A stretch of DNA of 63,637 nt, filler included, from Octopus bimaculoides (GCF_001194135.2; 6 parts of 6 records of this genome joined end to end with filler, not necessarily neighbours in it), one strand, 5' to 3'; shown: positions 25,737 to 39,056, numbered from the whole stretch's first letter. Made by a program: numbers and translations. The notes: a model not told the origin generated them from the letters alone.

Positions 25737-28040
25737 ATGTATATATATATATAACTATAAATGCTTCATACTACATGCATTATATGCGCTACTAATAGTT
25801 TCACATACTAACTGCGTCCAGTCAGCACCTGATGAACGTAGTTATGCGAAACTATTAGCAGCGCTTATAATGAATGTAGTATGAAGCATTTAGAGTATTA
25901 GACTCTCATTAAATGGAAAACTCTTCTCATTGATTTTTTACACAATTAATTTCGTGTGTGTATATATATTAATAATTTTTACCAAGCCCATCGGTATGTA
26001 AGCACCATTATTGGTGGCGAACTTATTTAAAAGCGCATATATATTTATAAACATAATTAAGGGATCAGCAAATATTTGCTTCACCATATACCGAAGTTCA
26101 GAAATAGCAGCTAAAAAAGCTGAGAATCCCACAGATAGCATCACTTGTAACTCACAAAGGCAAAAGCAAGAAGAAAAAACAATGAAAAAACAATGAAAAC
26201 TAACCATTCCGAAGGTTAACCGTAGACGCGTTTCTGGATTATGAGTGATACTCAATTTCCTTCATCAATACGGTATTCCAGCAGTAANNNNNNNNNNNNN
26301 NNNNNNNNNNNNNNNNNNNNNNNNNNNNNNNNNNNNNNNNNNNNNNNNNNNNNNNNNNNNNNNNNNNNNNNNNNNNNNNNNNNNNNNNNNNNNNNNNNNN
26401 NNNNNNNNNNNNNNNNNNNNNNNNNNNNNNNNNNNNNNNNNNNNNNNNNNNNNNNNNNNNNNNNNNNNNNNNNNNNNNNNNNNNNNNNNNNNNNNNNNNN
26501 NNNNNNNNNNNNNNNNNNNNNNNNNNNNNNNNNNNNNNNNNNNNNNNNNNNNNNNNNNNNNNNNNNNNNNNNNNNNNNNNNNNNNNNNNNNNNNNNNNNN
26601 NNNNNNNNNNNNNNNNNNNNNNNNNNNNNNNNNNNNNNNNNNNNNNNNNNNNNNNNNNNNNNNNNNNNNNNNNNNNNNNNNNNNNNNNNNNNNNNNNNNN
26701 NNNNNNNNNNNNNNNNNNNNNNNNNNNNNNNNNNNNNNNNNNNNNNNNNNNNNNNNNNNNNNNNNNNNNNNNNNNNNNNNNNNNNNNNNNNNNNNNNNNN
26801 NNNNNNNNNNNNNNNNNNNNNNNNNNNNNNNNNNNNNNNNNNNNNNNNNNNNNNNNNNNNNNNNNNNNNNNNNNNNNNNNNNNNNNNNNNNNNNNNNNNN
26901 NNNNNNNNNNNNNNNNNNNNNNNNNNNNNNNNNNNNNNNNNNNNNNNNNNNNNNNNNNNNNNNNNNNNNNNNNNNNNNNNNNNNNNNNNNNNNNNNNNNN
27001 NNNNNNNNNNNNNNNNNNNNNNNNNNNNNNNNNNNNNNNNNNNNNNNNNNNNNNNNNNNNNNNNNNNNNNNNNNNNNNNNNNNNNNNNNNNNNNNNNNNN
27101 NNNNNNNNNNNNNNNNNNNNNNNNNNNNNNNNNNNNNNNNNNNNNNNNNNNNNNNNNNNNNNNNNNNNNNNNNNNNNNNNNNNNNNNNNNTATATATATC
27201 TTTAAGCTTAAATGAAAACCAAGACAAACAATCATGAAAATGTTGCTAAAGTATTATTTATCCCAGAATCGTATTATATACACTTACTAGGGTTAGACAT
27301 GTTTAATAATCCTTTCTATTACAGACACAAGGCCTGGAATTTGGGGGGAGAGGGATAGTCAATTACATTGACCCAGTACTCAGCTGGTACTTAATTTATC
27401 GACCCCCAAAGGATGAAAGGTAAAGTCGACCTCTGTGGAATTTGAACTCAGAACATAGCGATCTGCAAAATACCGCTAAGCATTTCTACCAGAGTATTAA
27501 CGATTCTGCCAGCTCACTGCTTTAGACATGTTTAGTAATATTGTCAGCAATGCATAACTTTTGAAATGCAAAATTATTTATTGTTCAGTTAACATAACGC
27601 TAAATATATGTTCTAAATGACTCAATGGATTTCTTTTAAAAGTTAAGTAATTAATATATACATACACGTTGTGTGGGTGACATGTAACTCTGACCTTAGC
27701 TTGAAGACTAGAGTCTGTTACTTATTAGCTTCACAAGATATTGTAACCAAACTGGAATATTTTGTACAGTAAAGAATTTCAGTCAATTGAAACCTACAAT
27801 CAATTATGAAGTCGGTTGAAGAATTACTTGAAAGCTGCTAAATGGTTTACTTGGCACTAAGTATTGTCAGATGGTTTCTTGGTTTCTTTAGATCATTCAA
27901 ATTTTCTCAACTGATCAAATAGACCAATTGAGTAAATCTATCAGTAACGTGCCTACAATGACTACTGGAAATAGCTGTAAGCCAAATTTTCACAAATAAG
28001 GAAAAAAATATGTAATGGCTATTATTTTGCACCTTGTCTT

Positions 28041-28081
<41 letters not shown>

Positions 28082-28194
28082 NNNNNNNNNNNNNNNNNNN
28101 NNNNNNNNNNNNNNNNNNNNNNNNNNNNNNNNNNNNNNNNNNNNNNNNNNNNNNNNNNNNNNNNNNNNNNNNNNNNNNNNNNNNNNNNNNNNNN

Positions 28195-28236
<42 letters not shown>

Positions 28237-28239
<3 letters not shown>

Positions 28240-28594
28240 AAATTTAGCATAAAATAAAAATGTCAGATATTTGTCTTAAACATTCAGACAAACAAATTCA
28301 TAATTCAGATGTGTGACACGAGATATTATTCCATTCGAATAACCACATATTTATATTAAGACATAAATAATAAGAATATAAACATAGAAAATATAATGAG
28401 TGACATGAAAGTAGAAAATATAGTTAGAATAGATTAAAGGAGGCAATTGAAGGGATCAGTCCATCTATGTCTTGATATAAATATATGGTTATTTGAATGG
28501 AATAATATCTCGTGTCTTACATCTGAATTATGAATTTGTTTGACTGAATGTTTAAGACAAATATCTGAAATTTTTATCTTATACTAAATTTTAT
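28237..28594. mobile_element. Foldback/MITE-like element with ~130-bp inverted arms
   Basis: 28237-28366 is the reverse complement of ~28465-28594, with about ten mismatches by eye and a ~100-bp spacer. Confidence 0.85.
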
Positions 28595-29275
28595 TAATCT
28601 TTAGCTCATATACAAGCGAAAAAACAGTTGTACTATATACTGGAGCTTTATCTCCATTAAAATTCTCATATATAGTCCCTTTGAAAAAGCCTTAGGGCAC
28701 ATCCATTATCCAAGTCTTGTTGCTCATCCCCTGAAGAGATGGAGATAACCTGGAAGATTTCGTTGCTTCTTGGCAGAAACAGCTGTAAGGAACTAGCACC
28801 TGCCCACCCATTTAGTTTTTTGCCAATTTGCTCATTTGCTCAATTGCTCATTTGTTTCTATATGCTTATATGTATTCACACCCTTGTTTATGCAGTTACC
28901 AGTTTTTTTTCTACTTTTTTTTCTAATTTGAAATGAATATTTAAAAATGTTTCTGATGAAATGACTTCCACATCACATTCAAGTAAATAAATTTAATAAT
29001 TGCAATTAATAATTAAATGGTTGAGAATGTCTTTGTGTGAATCATAGAAACAACCGTAAACAAAATGAAAATTTGGAAATATCAATGAGATCTTTTGTTT
29101 TCCATTCGTCCTAATATTCTGTCTTTTGTCAAATCTTAAACCTTATGCAATATCATGTCAGCTACTGATTTTGCCCTGAAATAACTTGTTAAACAACTGA
29201 GCTCTTAAATTCTATTATTTTTTCCTAGTGCATAAGTACTTAACAATTTGTGTGTGTGTGTGAATATATGCATTT

Positions 29276-29323
<48 letters not shown>

Positions 29324-29333
29324 NNNNNNNNNN

Positions 29334-29381
<48 letters not shown>

Positions 29382-30609
29382 TTGTAACAAAAATCACTTG
29401 TGAACAAGAAGAAAAGATAGCGAAAACCTGATATCACATGATATAAAAGAAATTCACTGGAAAACGTACAATAAAAATGAAATTAAATAAAAATAGAATT
29501 AAAATAAAATAAAAATACAATGAAATGTCCTACATACCATTTATGGTATTATATGAAGGATGAATGAATTCCAGATCTGAACAAATATATGAAAAAATGA
29601 TAAATTCCTAGTTAGTCCTACTATATACGCTTTCTTCCTCTCTCTATGTAAAGAAACCATTTATCTCCCTCCTCATCTACTACTCACCTCCATTCTCCAT
29701 TTTTAAAGGTTCTTTTCGTTTGAACTTGGTCCTGCAACTATTTGAAGAATACAAAAATAAAAAAAGAATAAAAATAATAACTTTATCTTAGAAGTGAGAC
29801 TGTGTTGCTATTCGAAGAATATAAATAAAAATAAAATCTTGCAACACAAAGACATAAAAATAAAATAAATTAACCTTATCTCAGAACATGATATCAAGGT
29901 GTCAGCCCCTATTTTGTATCCTCCCCCATTCACTTCCCTCATTATCTTTTAAAGTCCATTGTCTAGAACTCTGTCGTCCAGTCTCTTAAAGATTATAGAT
30001 AAAATAAAATGACTTTGTCTTTTAGAAGGGGAACCGAATATTATACCCTTTCGTCTAATCTTCCTACTGCTATAAATGCTCTCCCCACCACTTCAATCAA
30101 GGCAACTTCACTAAACCTCAATGATTTCCCCTACCAAGGGCCAGTGCCCTGTTTCCCCTGCTCATCCCTTACTTACAGACATATGTTTAGGGTAGGCCTG
30201 TTCATTCAGACCATGATCTTGTGTACTTTGTAGCAAATTTGCTCACAGACAGTGTTTCCTCTGGGCTTGGTAAAATAAAGTACCATTCAAGTATTAGGGT
30301 TGAGGAAATTTACAGTGCCCCTCCCCTCAAAATTACTGGCCTTGTGCAAAATGTCTGGAAATTTATAAAATTCTTAGTGGCTTATATCTTATAATATAGA
30401 TAGTATATCTCTTTTGTGGTGTTCAATATCCATAATAACTATAGCACTTCCCTTGTCTGCATCCTTAGGCATAATGGAGTAGTTCTTTTTCAGTTCATGC
30501 GTAATATCCCATTCCTTTCAACTTGTATTGAGCTTGTTTTAGGGTGTGGGAGTTCTTTGTAAGGGAAGGTAGATATAAAATCACAAAATTTATCTAAAAC
30601 TTTGGAGGA

Positions 30610-32400
30610 CTTACACCAATCTAAATGTATATATGACTTGACTTCAACAAATATCTACTAGAAAACTGGAAACGATTCTTAGATGATTGCCTAATCTTAT
30701 GTACGCACACATTTGAACAACTTATAGATTTCAAAAATCTAATCAACATAAACAACAATAATATTAAATTTACCATGGAATTCAGTAAAACTCATCTACC
30801 ATTCCTGGATATACTAATCATCAAAAGAGATAAAGCATTGAAACATATATTCACTAAAAAAAACAAACACATTCTAAACAATACTAACTGTTCTCATGCT
30901 ATCCCCAAAACACGAAGAATAATACCCCCTTTAATCTAGCAACAAGAATCTGCACAACTGTCTCAAACCCTGAAACTCACAATAAAAAACCCCGCGAACT
31001 AAAACAAGTACTGCTTAAAAGACAATATCCATTGATGCTAATAGACAACAGAATAGAACATGTGAAAGCAATAAATGTCGAAGAACTACGAAAAACAAAA
31101 AACACTCCATATACATTTAATAATCTACCCTTTATTACAACACATAACCCAAGAAATACAGAGATTTACAATATTATCCACCAGAACAGCCCATTACTCA
31201 AACAAGACCCAAGAATGAAAAAAAGCAGTCGAAATACACAAAATAATCAAAATTAAAAAACAATCAAAAAAGTCCCTCAAAGAATTCCTCACAAGTACTA
31301 AATTACCTTCCACAATTCCTACACCAACAGTCAAAAAGCGTGGCCGCCCCAATTTCGGGACCTGCATCAACCTTATTGAAGACACAACATACATATTCAA
31401 ATCAGGACAGATTTTTACTGTTAAAAATCACTTTACATGTTCTCCAAGGAATTCAATATACGCTATCAAATGTCAAGGATGTAATAAAGATTACATAGGT
31501 CAAACAAAGCTTACTTTAAGACATAGACTGACCATTCACCGGTAACAAATACGGGACCCCAGTACTAGACAGATCCCACAGAGAGCCCACATAGACATAT
31601 GTACAAAAAATAAGTCTCCCAAATTCCAGGTCTTCCCACTCTACCTGTGTTCAGCGAATACCATAGTTGAAGCACGGATAAACAAAGAGAATACTTTCAT
31701 ACAAAAGCACAAACCAAGACATAACAAACTTTAACAGAGTATATACACAAATAACCATTCACACACAAAATTCATTCTGCCACGTATGAGGAAACTAAAC
31801 AGCTAACAACCTAAATTTTAGCTACTGGACTACATACAAATGACTCCTGTCCATTCTCCCACCTAGCAGATTAAATTTGGAGTGCCTTGATTATAACTAA
31901 ACATGTTCAATCAACCGTGTCGGCCTTCCTTTTAGTCGTAAAATATACTGTCACATGACACTAACGCACTGACGTAGCGGAAACGTACAAAAGGTTTTAA
32001 ACTTGATCCACATGTTCATTCTCTATAAACAATTGACAGAAAATGTTCAAAGCATTGATTGTTTGGACTTGTTCAGTCAACTGTGTCAGCCTTAACTTAC
32101 AATGCCAAACATTGTCACTTGGTGCTAACACACAGACGTAGCAGGGAACCTACAAAAATTTCTTAGACCAGTTATGTGACTATCCTCTACTATTCAAGTC
32201 TTATTCAAAACATTAATTTGAGCCATGAACTCTCAATAGAAACATGGCAAACTTCAGACACTAGTCAGACGCAAGACAGCTGCTACATAAGCCACGTCTT
32301 TCTATTTGATCTTTATGAAAATCAGTGTAAACTGTGAAACTGGTTAAAGCTTCAAATATTTTGATATAAAATATGGTAATTAAAATGGACACCACCATTA
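30610..32400 (+). mobile_element. Penelope-like retroelement (RT C-terminus, GIY-YIG endonuclease, 3' region), decayed
   Basis: YLLENWKRFLDDCLIL (catalytic DD at ~30676-30687), IKFTME..LPFLDILI, FITTHNP, and FTCSPRNSIYAIKCQGCNKDYIGQTKLTLRHRLTIHR (GIY-YIG). Confidence 0.9.
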
Positions 32401-33159
32401 CCACAGAGAAGACCCACCCACGTCAGCGAACCTGAGTTTTAGAAGCATTGTGTCCCACCCACACGTAACAGGGAAACTTTCATACACCCTACCCCAACAG
32501 ACCAAACCACGTCCTCACCCTTCCCGAACTGTTTCTCTTCTCTTCCTCACATTTCCTTTTCATACGCTATGATTATCTCCCACTCCCCAATGCGATCCTC
32601 ACTACCCTGCTCACTATCGTTGTGTCCCTCCGTCCCCTCCCCTCTACATACCCAGATTCCCACCAGTCACAGTACTCCCTACCCCCACTCCTGACTTGTG
32701 ACCCCTTACTGATAACTTGCCACCATTCATCTTTCTCTTCCTTTCTCTACCATCCCAGCTGTGCCTTGTTTCTTGCAAGTATACCCTGGAACTTGCTGCC
32801 ATCCCTCTCCTGCTCTTGTTCTCTTCTACTCTCTCTCTCTTTCCTTTGCCTTCTCCTCTGGCTGAGTAACAATGTATCTCCTAGCATCACATCTCTTTCT
32901 TGTTAACTCCCACTCTCTCTCTCTAGGTAACCATGTCCCCTGTCTTCAGCAGCGCACCTGTTTCTACCCTTAGTATAGTTAACTATCACTGCCTTTCTCT
33001 CCTTTTCTCTTCCTCTCTTGCTCCCCCTCTCTGGCTGGGTAACCATGTACCTCCTCTGCAGCAAGGCATCTGTTTCCGTCTTTCTGTCACACTCTAATCT
33101 TCATCATCTGATACAAGCTCACCTCTTCCAATGTCTCCTCCCCTCTCAAAGACTTCTTG

Positions 33160-33490
33160 TCTTATAAAGTCACTTGGTGACCCCACCAGTGCAGGTGTCA
33201 CTTGCAAAGCACCCAGTCCAGCTGTAAAGGCCATTCTAAAACTGACCCCACCTATGCGAGTGCCACATAAAAAGCACTCAGCCTACTCTACAGAATGGTT
33301 AGTGGTAGGAAAGGCATCCAGCCATAAAAATCATGCGAAAACGTACGCAGAAGCATGGTGAAGGCTCCTGCCTCGCCAGCTCATGTCAAACCGTCCAAAC
33401 CCTGTCTGCATGAAAGGAAGAATTTAAACTATGATGATGATGATGATGATGATGATGATAATGATGATGATGATGATGATGATGATATCA
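33160..33490 (+). mobile_element. Retroposon 3' end with (GAT)n tail (RTE-like)
   Basis: The aaggcatccagccataaaa motif is followed by a (GAT)n tail at 33430-33487. Class assigned from recollection only. Confidence 0.45.
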
Positions 33491-33499
33491 CTCTTTCAA

Positions 33500-34330
33500 A
33501 CAAGCCCATAATCTGCTTGAACTCTTGGTCCTTGGTTTCTTTCCTAACCCCACCATCCATCCTGGCTCCTTCCCCTGCTCCCACCTATACTGTCGCACCT
33601 GCCGCTACTTCTCCAGCACCACCACTCTCACAGGCACCCATCACCGTCCCTATCACATCACCGACCCATTTACCTGCACCTCTAGTAATGTTATTTACTG
33701 CATCTCCTACTCTCTCTATCCTTCACTGTACATTGGTCAAACAGGAAGCCGCTTGACTGCCTGGTTCGCAGATCACCTCCGAGACATCAGACTCAGCAAT
33801 GATATCCCAGTCTTTTGCCACTTCTGCTCTACTGGTCACTTGCTACAACATATGCCTGTGTTCGGACTGTCTCTGCATAGGGCCCACCCAGATTCTCACC
33901 TTCATATCGTGAACAGATATTAATCTTCTCTCTTTGTTCCTTTGCGTCACATGGGCTCAACTCACTTCCTCTCTTTATCTGACATCAATCACATATGGAT
34001 TCTCACATTCAACTGCCCCCACTCCACCTACACATCTGCATACTGCCTACCTCGGTACCTTCACCACACATGCATCACTCCGTCCTTGTTTTCGTATATT
34101 TTCGCTGCTTTCTTCCAAGGAATCTAATGCTCTTAGCTTAGTTTTTCCTTGGGGCTGGCCAGATTGGAGCGACCTCGAGTATAACCAGCCGAAATTGCAA
34201 ACATAACCTGGAACTCGACTGAGGAAAGAAAACTCCGAATGACCCGTCCTTGTTTTCTTTGTATTGTCTGTCTGGAAGTTTTGTTGTCCCTGTTTTGTTT
34301 CACCTAACTGTCTGGATGTTTTGCGTTCTT
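33500..34330 (+). mobile_element. Second Penelope-like element fragment (GIY-YIG domain and 3' region)
   Basis: PGSFPCSHLYCRTCRYF...FTCTSSNVIYCISYSLYPSLYIGQTGSRLTAWFADHLRDIR (ORF 33525-33923). Confidence 0.85.
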
Positions 34331-35774
34331 GTCCCATTTTTGTATTATATATATATATATATATNNNNNNNNNNNNNNNNNNNNNNNNNNNNNNNNNNNN
34401 NNNNNNNNNNNNNNNNNNNNNNNNNNNNNNNNNNNNNNNNNNNNNNNNNNNNNNNNNNNNNNNNNNNNNNNNNNNNNNNNNNNNNNNNNNNNNNNNNNNN
34501 NNNNNNNNNNNNNNNNNNNNNNNNNNNNNNNNNNNNNNNNNNNNNNNNNNNNNNNNNNNNNNNNNNNNNNNNNNNNNNNNNNNNNNNNNNNNNNNNNNNN
34601 NNNNNNNNNNNNNNNNNNNNNNNNNNNNNNNNNNNNNNNNNNNNNNNNNNNNNNNNNNNNNNNNNNNNNNNNNNNNNNNNNNNNNNNNNNNNNNNNNNNN
34701 NNNNNNNNNNNNNNNNNNNNNNNNNNNNNNNNNNNNNNNNNNNNNNNNNNNNNNNNNNNNNNNNNNNNNNNNNNNNNNNNNNNNNNNNNNNNNNNNNNNN
34801 NNNNNNNNNNNNNNNNNNNNNNNNNNNNNNNNNNNNNNNNNNNNNNNNNNNNNNNNNNNNNNNNNNNNNNNNNNNNNNNNNNNNNNNNNNNNNNNNNNNN
34901 NNNNNNNNNNNNNNNNNNNNNNNNNNNNNNNNNNTAATATATAGCATAATATATAGCAAAATATAATAATATATAGCTAGACTTTAGATCTCAGGCATTT
35001 TCAATTTCTATAATTTTTTTTTATTTCCTCTTCACTGAACGAACGAACAAACCAGCCAACGAACCAACCAACCAACCAACCAACTAACCTACGTTTATAT
35101 TTGCTCTTATTTCATATTGCGATTTTGAATTGTGTTTTCTGTGATTTCATATTTCTAACAGCAAGGAGGCGAGCTGGCAGAAACGTTAGCACACAGGGTG
35201 AAATGCTTAACGGTATTTCGTCTGTCTTTACGTTCTGAGTTCAAATTCAGCCGAGGTCGACTTTGCCTTTCATCCTTTCGGGGTCGATAAACTAAGTACC
35301 AGTTGCATACTGGTGTTGATCTAATCGACTGGACTCCTCCACAAAATTTCGGGCCTTGTGCCTAGAATAGAAAAGGATATTTTTAACAGCGACGACGCTT
35401 CTTATAAAAGACAGGGCTGACAATTTCCTCACTCTGCACTAGAATCCAGTTTGTTAAATAAAGATTTGGAATCAAGGCGTGAAACCCCGCCCCCAAAAGA
35501 AAAAAATAGGCACACTGTAGATTATGGCAACGAGGGTTCCAGTTGATCCAATCAATGGAACAGCCTGTTCATGAAATTAACCTGCATGTGGCTGAGTCCT
35601 CCACAGACATGCGTACCTTTAACATAATTTACAGGGAGATTTAGCATGACACACTGACTGGGAAGAAAGGCAAAGCCAAGCCCTGAGGAATTTAAATTCA
35701 GAACATAAAGACGAACGAAATGCCACAAAGCATTCTGCCCAGCTCACCACCTTAGGGACACTAATGGCTATTGG

Positions 35775-36040
35775 GGAAGACGTGTAGCCTAATGGTTAAT
35801 ATGTTGCACTCATAACTGCAAGGTCATGGTTTCACCTCCCAGACCAGTCAACACATTGTGCTTTTGGTGTAAAACGTTTCCTTTCATGTTACTCCAGTTT
35901 CCTCAGTTGAAAAAAGTACCAGTAATAAATTGGTGGAGTGGTAACCCACTCAAGAGGAGGGTTGTATTTTTAGTCATTGAAAGTTGGGCTGTGTCCCTGC
36001 CAAATGAACTGATAGGCTCAAGACAAACCTGACCGGTCCG
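35775..36040 (+). mobile_element. Old tRNA-derived SINE (distinct family)
   Basis: The head gtgtagcctaatggttaa...ggtcatggtttcacctccc gives decayed A/B boxes. A CORE-like body follows. Confidence 0.45.
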
Positions 36041-36414
36041 CAACTGGTCTTTACTGGTATTTCATTCTATTGTCCCCATAAAGGATGAAAGGTAAAGGTG
36101 ACTTTGATGGCATTTGAACTCAGAATGTAAACGATTGTAACTAAATACCACAAATTATTTTGTCCAGTTCCCTAACAATTCTGCGAATCCACAAACGAAA
36201 TAATAATCGCTTATAACAAAAGGCACAGAAATTTGGGGATTACGGGGTGGGGTTGGTTGAAAGCCTTAAATCCCAGTACTTGACCCCAGAAGGTTGAAAG
36301 CCAATGGCTGCAGTCCAATGGTTGAAACAAGTAAAAGATAGAAATATAAAAATCAGGAATTCTGGAGTGAGGGATGAGGGTACCCTTGATTAAATCAATG
36401 ACACTACATCGATG

Positions 36415-36560
36415 TCTGAAGGGGTTTTCAAAAAGGGAGACAAAAGAGATGGCTCCGATTATAGGGGAATCTCCTTGTTGAACCTCCGTCTGCAAGTCTA
36501 TAACTAGGTGCCTGGGAAAGAGATTTAGGAAGTTGCTTCTGATAGGACCATATGGGTGAG
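36415..36560 (+). mobile_element. RTE-like LINE RT fragment
   Basis: VFKKGDKRDGSDYRGISLLN matches the conserved FKKGD...NYRGISLL RT motif. Confidence 0.7.
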
Positions 36561-36830
36561 GTATCTGAGGACTCTGCTCCCATGACCCTTCAAGGAATTA
36601 TGGGCAGAGAATATGCAGGGATGATCTCAAAAGGTCGATAAAATCAAGGGTAAAGTTTTCAGGTATCGTAAACCCATGGTGATGGCGGTGTTGGTGGGGT
36701 GTGAGAAAGGTTTTTAACCCAAACAATAAAAGAAAAAATCTCTGAAGGAATTTTTGGTTTGAAGCACCACTATTTGAACCACCCACCTGGAATAAACAAT
36801 AATACGAAGAAATCATTATTATAAACTTAC

Positions 36831-36973
36831 CTGTAATCTAAGTCAGGTGCAATAAAAATTATGCTTCCAATTTGTAAACCATCCATAATGGTAGAAGAGA
36901 AGAGGAAAGTTAGCATCAGTTTCTGATAAAGTCCACATCCTCCAATTGTTCCAATCACTTCTTCGTAGTCCAT
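36831..36973 (-). CDS. SLC22 family transporter, first coding exon (N-terminus and TM1)
   Basis: Kozak context ttcaccATGG at 36973. It encodes MDYEEVIGTIGGCGLYQKLMLTFLFSSTIMDGLQIGSIIFIAPDLDY(R), matching M.F(D/E)..L..IG.FG.YQ. Donor AG|GTaagt at 36830 is phase 2, compatible with exon 2. Confidence 0.93.
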
Positions 36974-37255
36974 GGTGAACAAACCTATCAGAACAAATGT
37001 GTCGTCTGCTTCAAACAATTTCTAAATGTGTCTGCCTCTGTTAGCGATTATTTCTATCTCCTTTCATGCATATATAATATACGCATCAGGTATACAAGTG
37101 AGAGTACTTGTTGGAGTGTAAGTGGTGGTATGGGGGAGAGGGGGAAATGTGAATGAAAGACTACTATTTCTAATTGGGTGTTGTATGGGAGTGTGAGGGG
37201 AGGGAAAAAGACAGACAGAGAAAGAGTGTATACGTATGGGGGAGGGGTGGATAAA

Positions 37256-37293
<38 letters not shown>

Positions 37294-37468
37294 NNNNNNN
37301 NNNNNNNNNNNNNNNNNNNNNNNNNNNNNNNNNNNNNTTAATTAATTAANNNNNNNNNNNNNNNNNNNNNNNNNNNNNNNNNNNNNNNNNNNNACACACA
37401 TACGCATACACTTCTCCCTCGTATAGGAATCGGGCACACATGTACCTTCTAGAATCTTCGACACTTAC

Positions 37469-37595
37469 CGAAGCACTTCTGGGTGGGATGAAGGGTGTAG
37501 TTTCCGGCGCCAGATTGACGGCAGCGCTCTGCCGTCCGTTAACAATATGTATTACCAACACCTCCCTCCCTCTAAACTTACGCACAGGTTATATA
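37469..37595 (-). promoter_or_regulatory. Candidate TATA promoter and non-coding first exon for the SLC22 gene
   Basis: TATATAA at 37595-37589, a locally CpG-rich unique stretch, and donor CG|GTAAGT at 37468. A matching acceptor tttgttctgatAG lies at 36985, 11 nt upstream of the ATG. Confidence 0.35.
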
Positions 37596-37706
37596 GCTCC
37601 ACCCATACATACATACATATATATATATATATATTTATGTGTATGTATAATGCATATATATATACATATATATATATATGTATGTATGTATGTATGCATG
37701 TTTATA

Positions 37707-37780
<74 letters not shown>

Positions 37781-39056
37781 TGTACGTTCACATTTACACG
37801 TACATTCATGCATTCTCGCATTCTCGCACAAGCGTTAAAGGGTAACACCCAGACACATATTTTTTTAGAGAAATATTCACGCTGTACGCAGTATTGAGCA
37901 CGGACACACGCATACATACACATACACACATACACACCACACACACACACACACACACAAATACTGTTAATACATACATTACTCGATGTAGACAAATGAA
38001 TACGCAAATTCATCTACAGATTGAATTACAGATTGATGCAAATACACACGCATATACACACGTACGCATACAATTACACACGCACACAAACGGACACACT
38101 CATACTTGCGCGCGCGCGCGTGTGTGTGTGTATTTGTGTGTGTCATCTGCCATTGACAAGGCCAAAGAAGGGCGTTGATCTAGCAATCTAGGCAGCAGTA
38201 ACGGACGATTATCTCCCGCTAGTGATATGAACTCGAGTGCTTATATGCACCTAAAGCAAATATGAGAGTTTCTCGCATGGTAAGTATTTCAGTGGAGATA
38301 CACATTAACTTTTGGTATTAATACTATTATTATTATGATTATTATAGACAGGACGAAGGTTAGAAATGGTTTTGTCCGAAAAGGTAGGAAAGTTCGTCTA
38401 AACAGAGGAAGAAAACGGAGAAAGATATAATAAATAAATAGATAAATAAATGTCCTGTGTTTGTTCTTACATGTTTTTAATTGATATTAGCCCTTGTGGC
38501 CAATAAAACGAATTAATTATTATGATTATTATATGTATGTACATATGTGTATGCGTGTGTGTGTGTGTGTGTGTGTGAGACAATGACATGCATATTTTTT
38601 GTTAATATGTTCCCTGTGTTTTGAACGCAAAAATACTAATCGCTGGTGTATCCTTCAGAGAATATTATCCTCTCCTTTTACAATGACAATGTGTTTATGA
38701 CACAATCGACACATTAGTGCAAGGGATTCTGGGATATATCTCTGGATATATTGCAGATATTAGCGCTGATTAGCGGCAATTTTGTTCCTTGAACTTACAA
38801 ACAAAATCAAACTTTATGTTCAGACACACACAAAAGACAAAAAAAAAACAAAACAAAAAAAAGATGATTTTGACTGACGGAGCACAACATGTTGAAACAC
38901 CGGTGTCCGAGAGTCGACAATTCCACTTCTATCATAGGAGATTAAAAATTTTATGTCACTTAAGAATAGGAGATATTGTGTTACTGACTTTTGATCACGA
39001 ATTGCAAATTCATAGCATTTAACATGTGACATGACCTAACGATGACGAGACGAAGA

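Noticed and set aside
24951-27237. Long ORFs of 200-370 aa in the track (also 34250, 44823, 48264, 53179, 60569)
   Set aside because: They consist mostly of X from N gaps.
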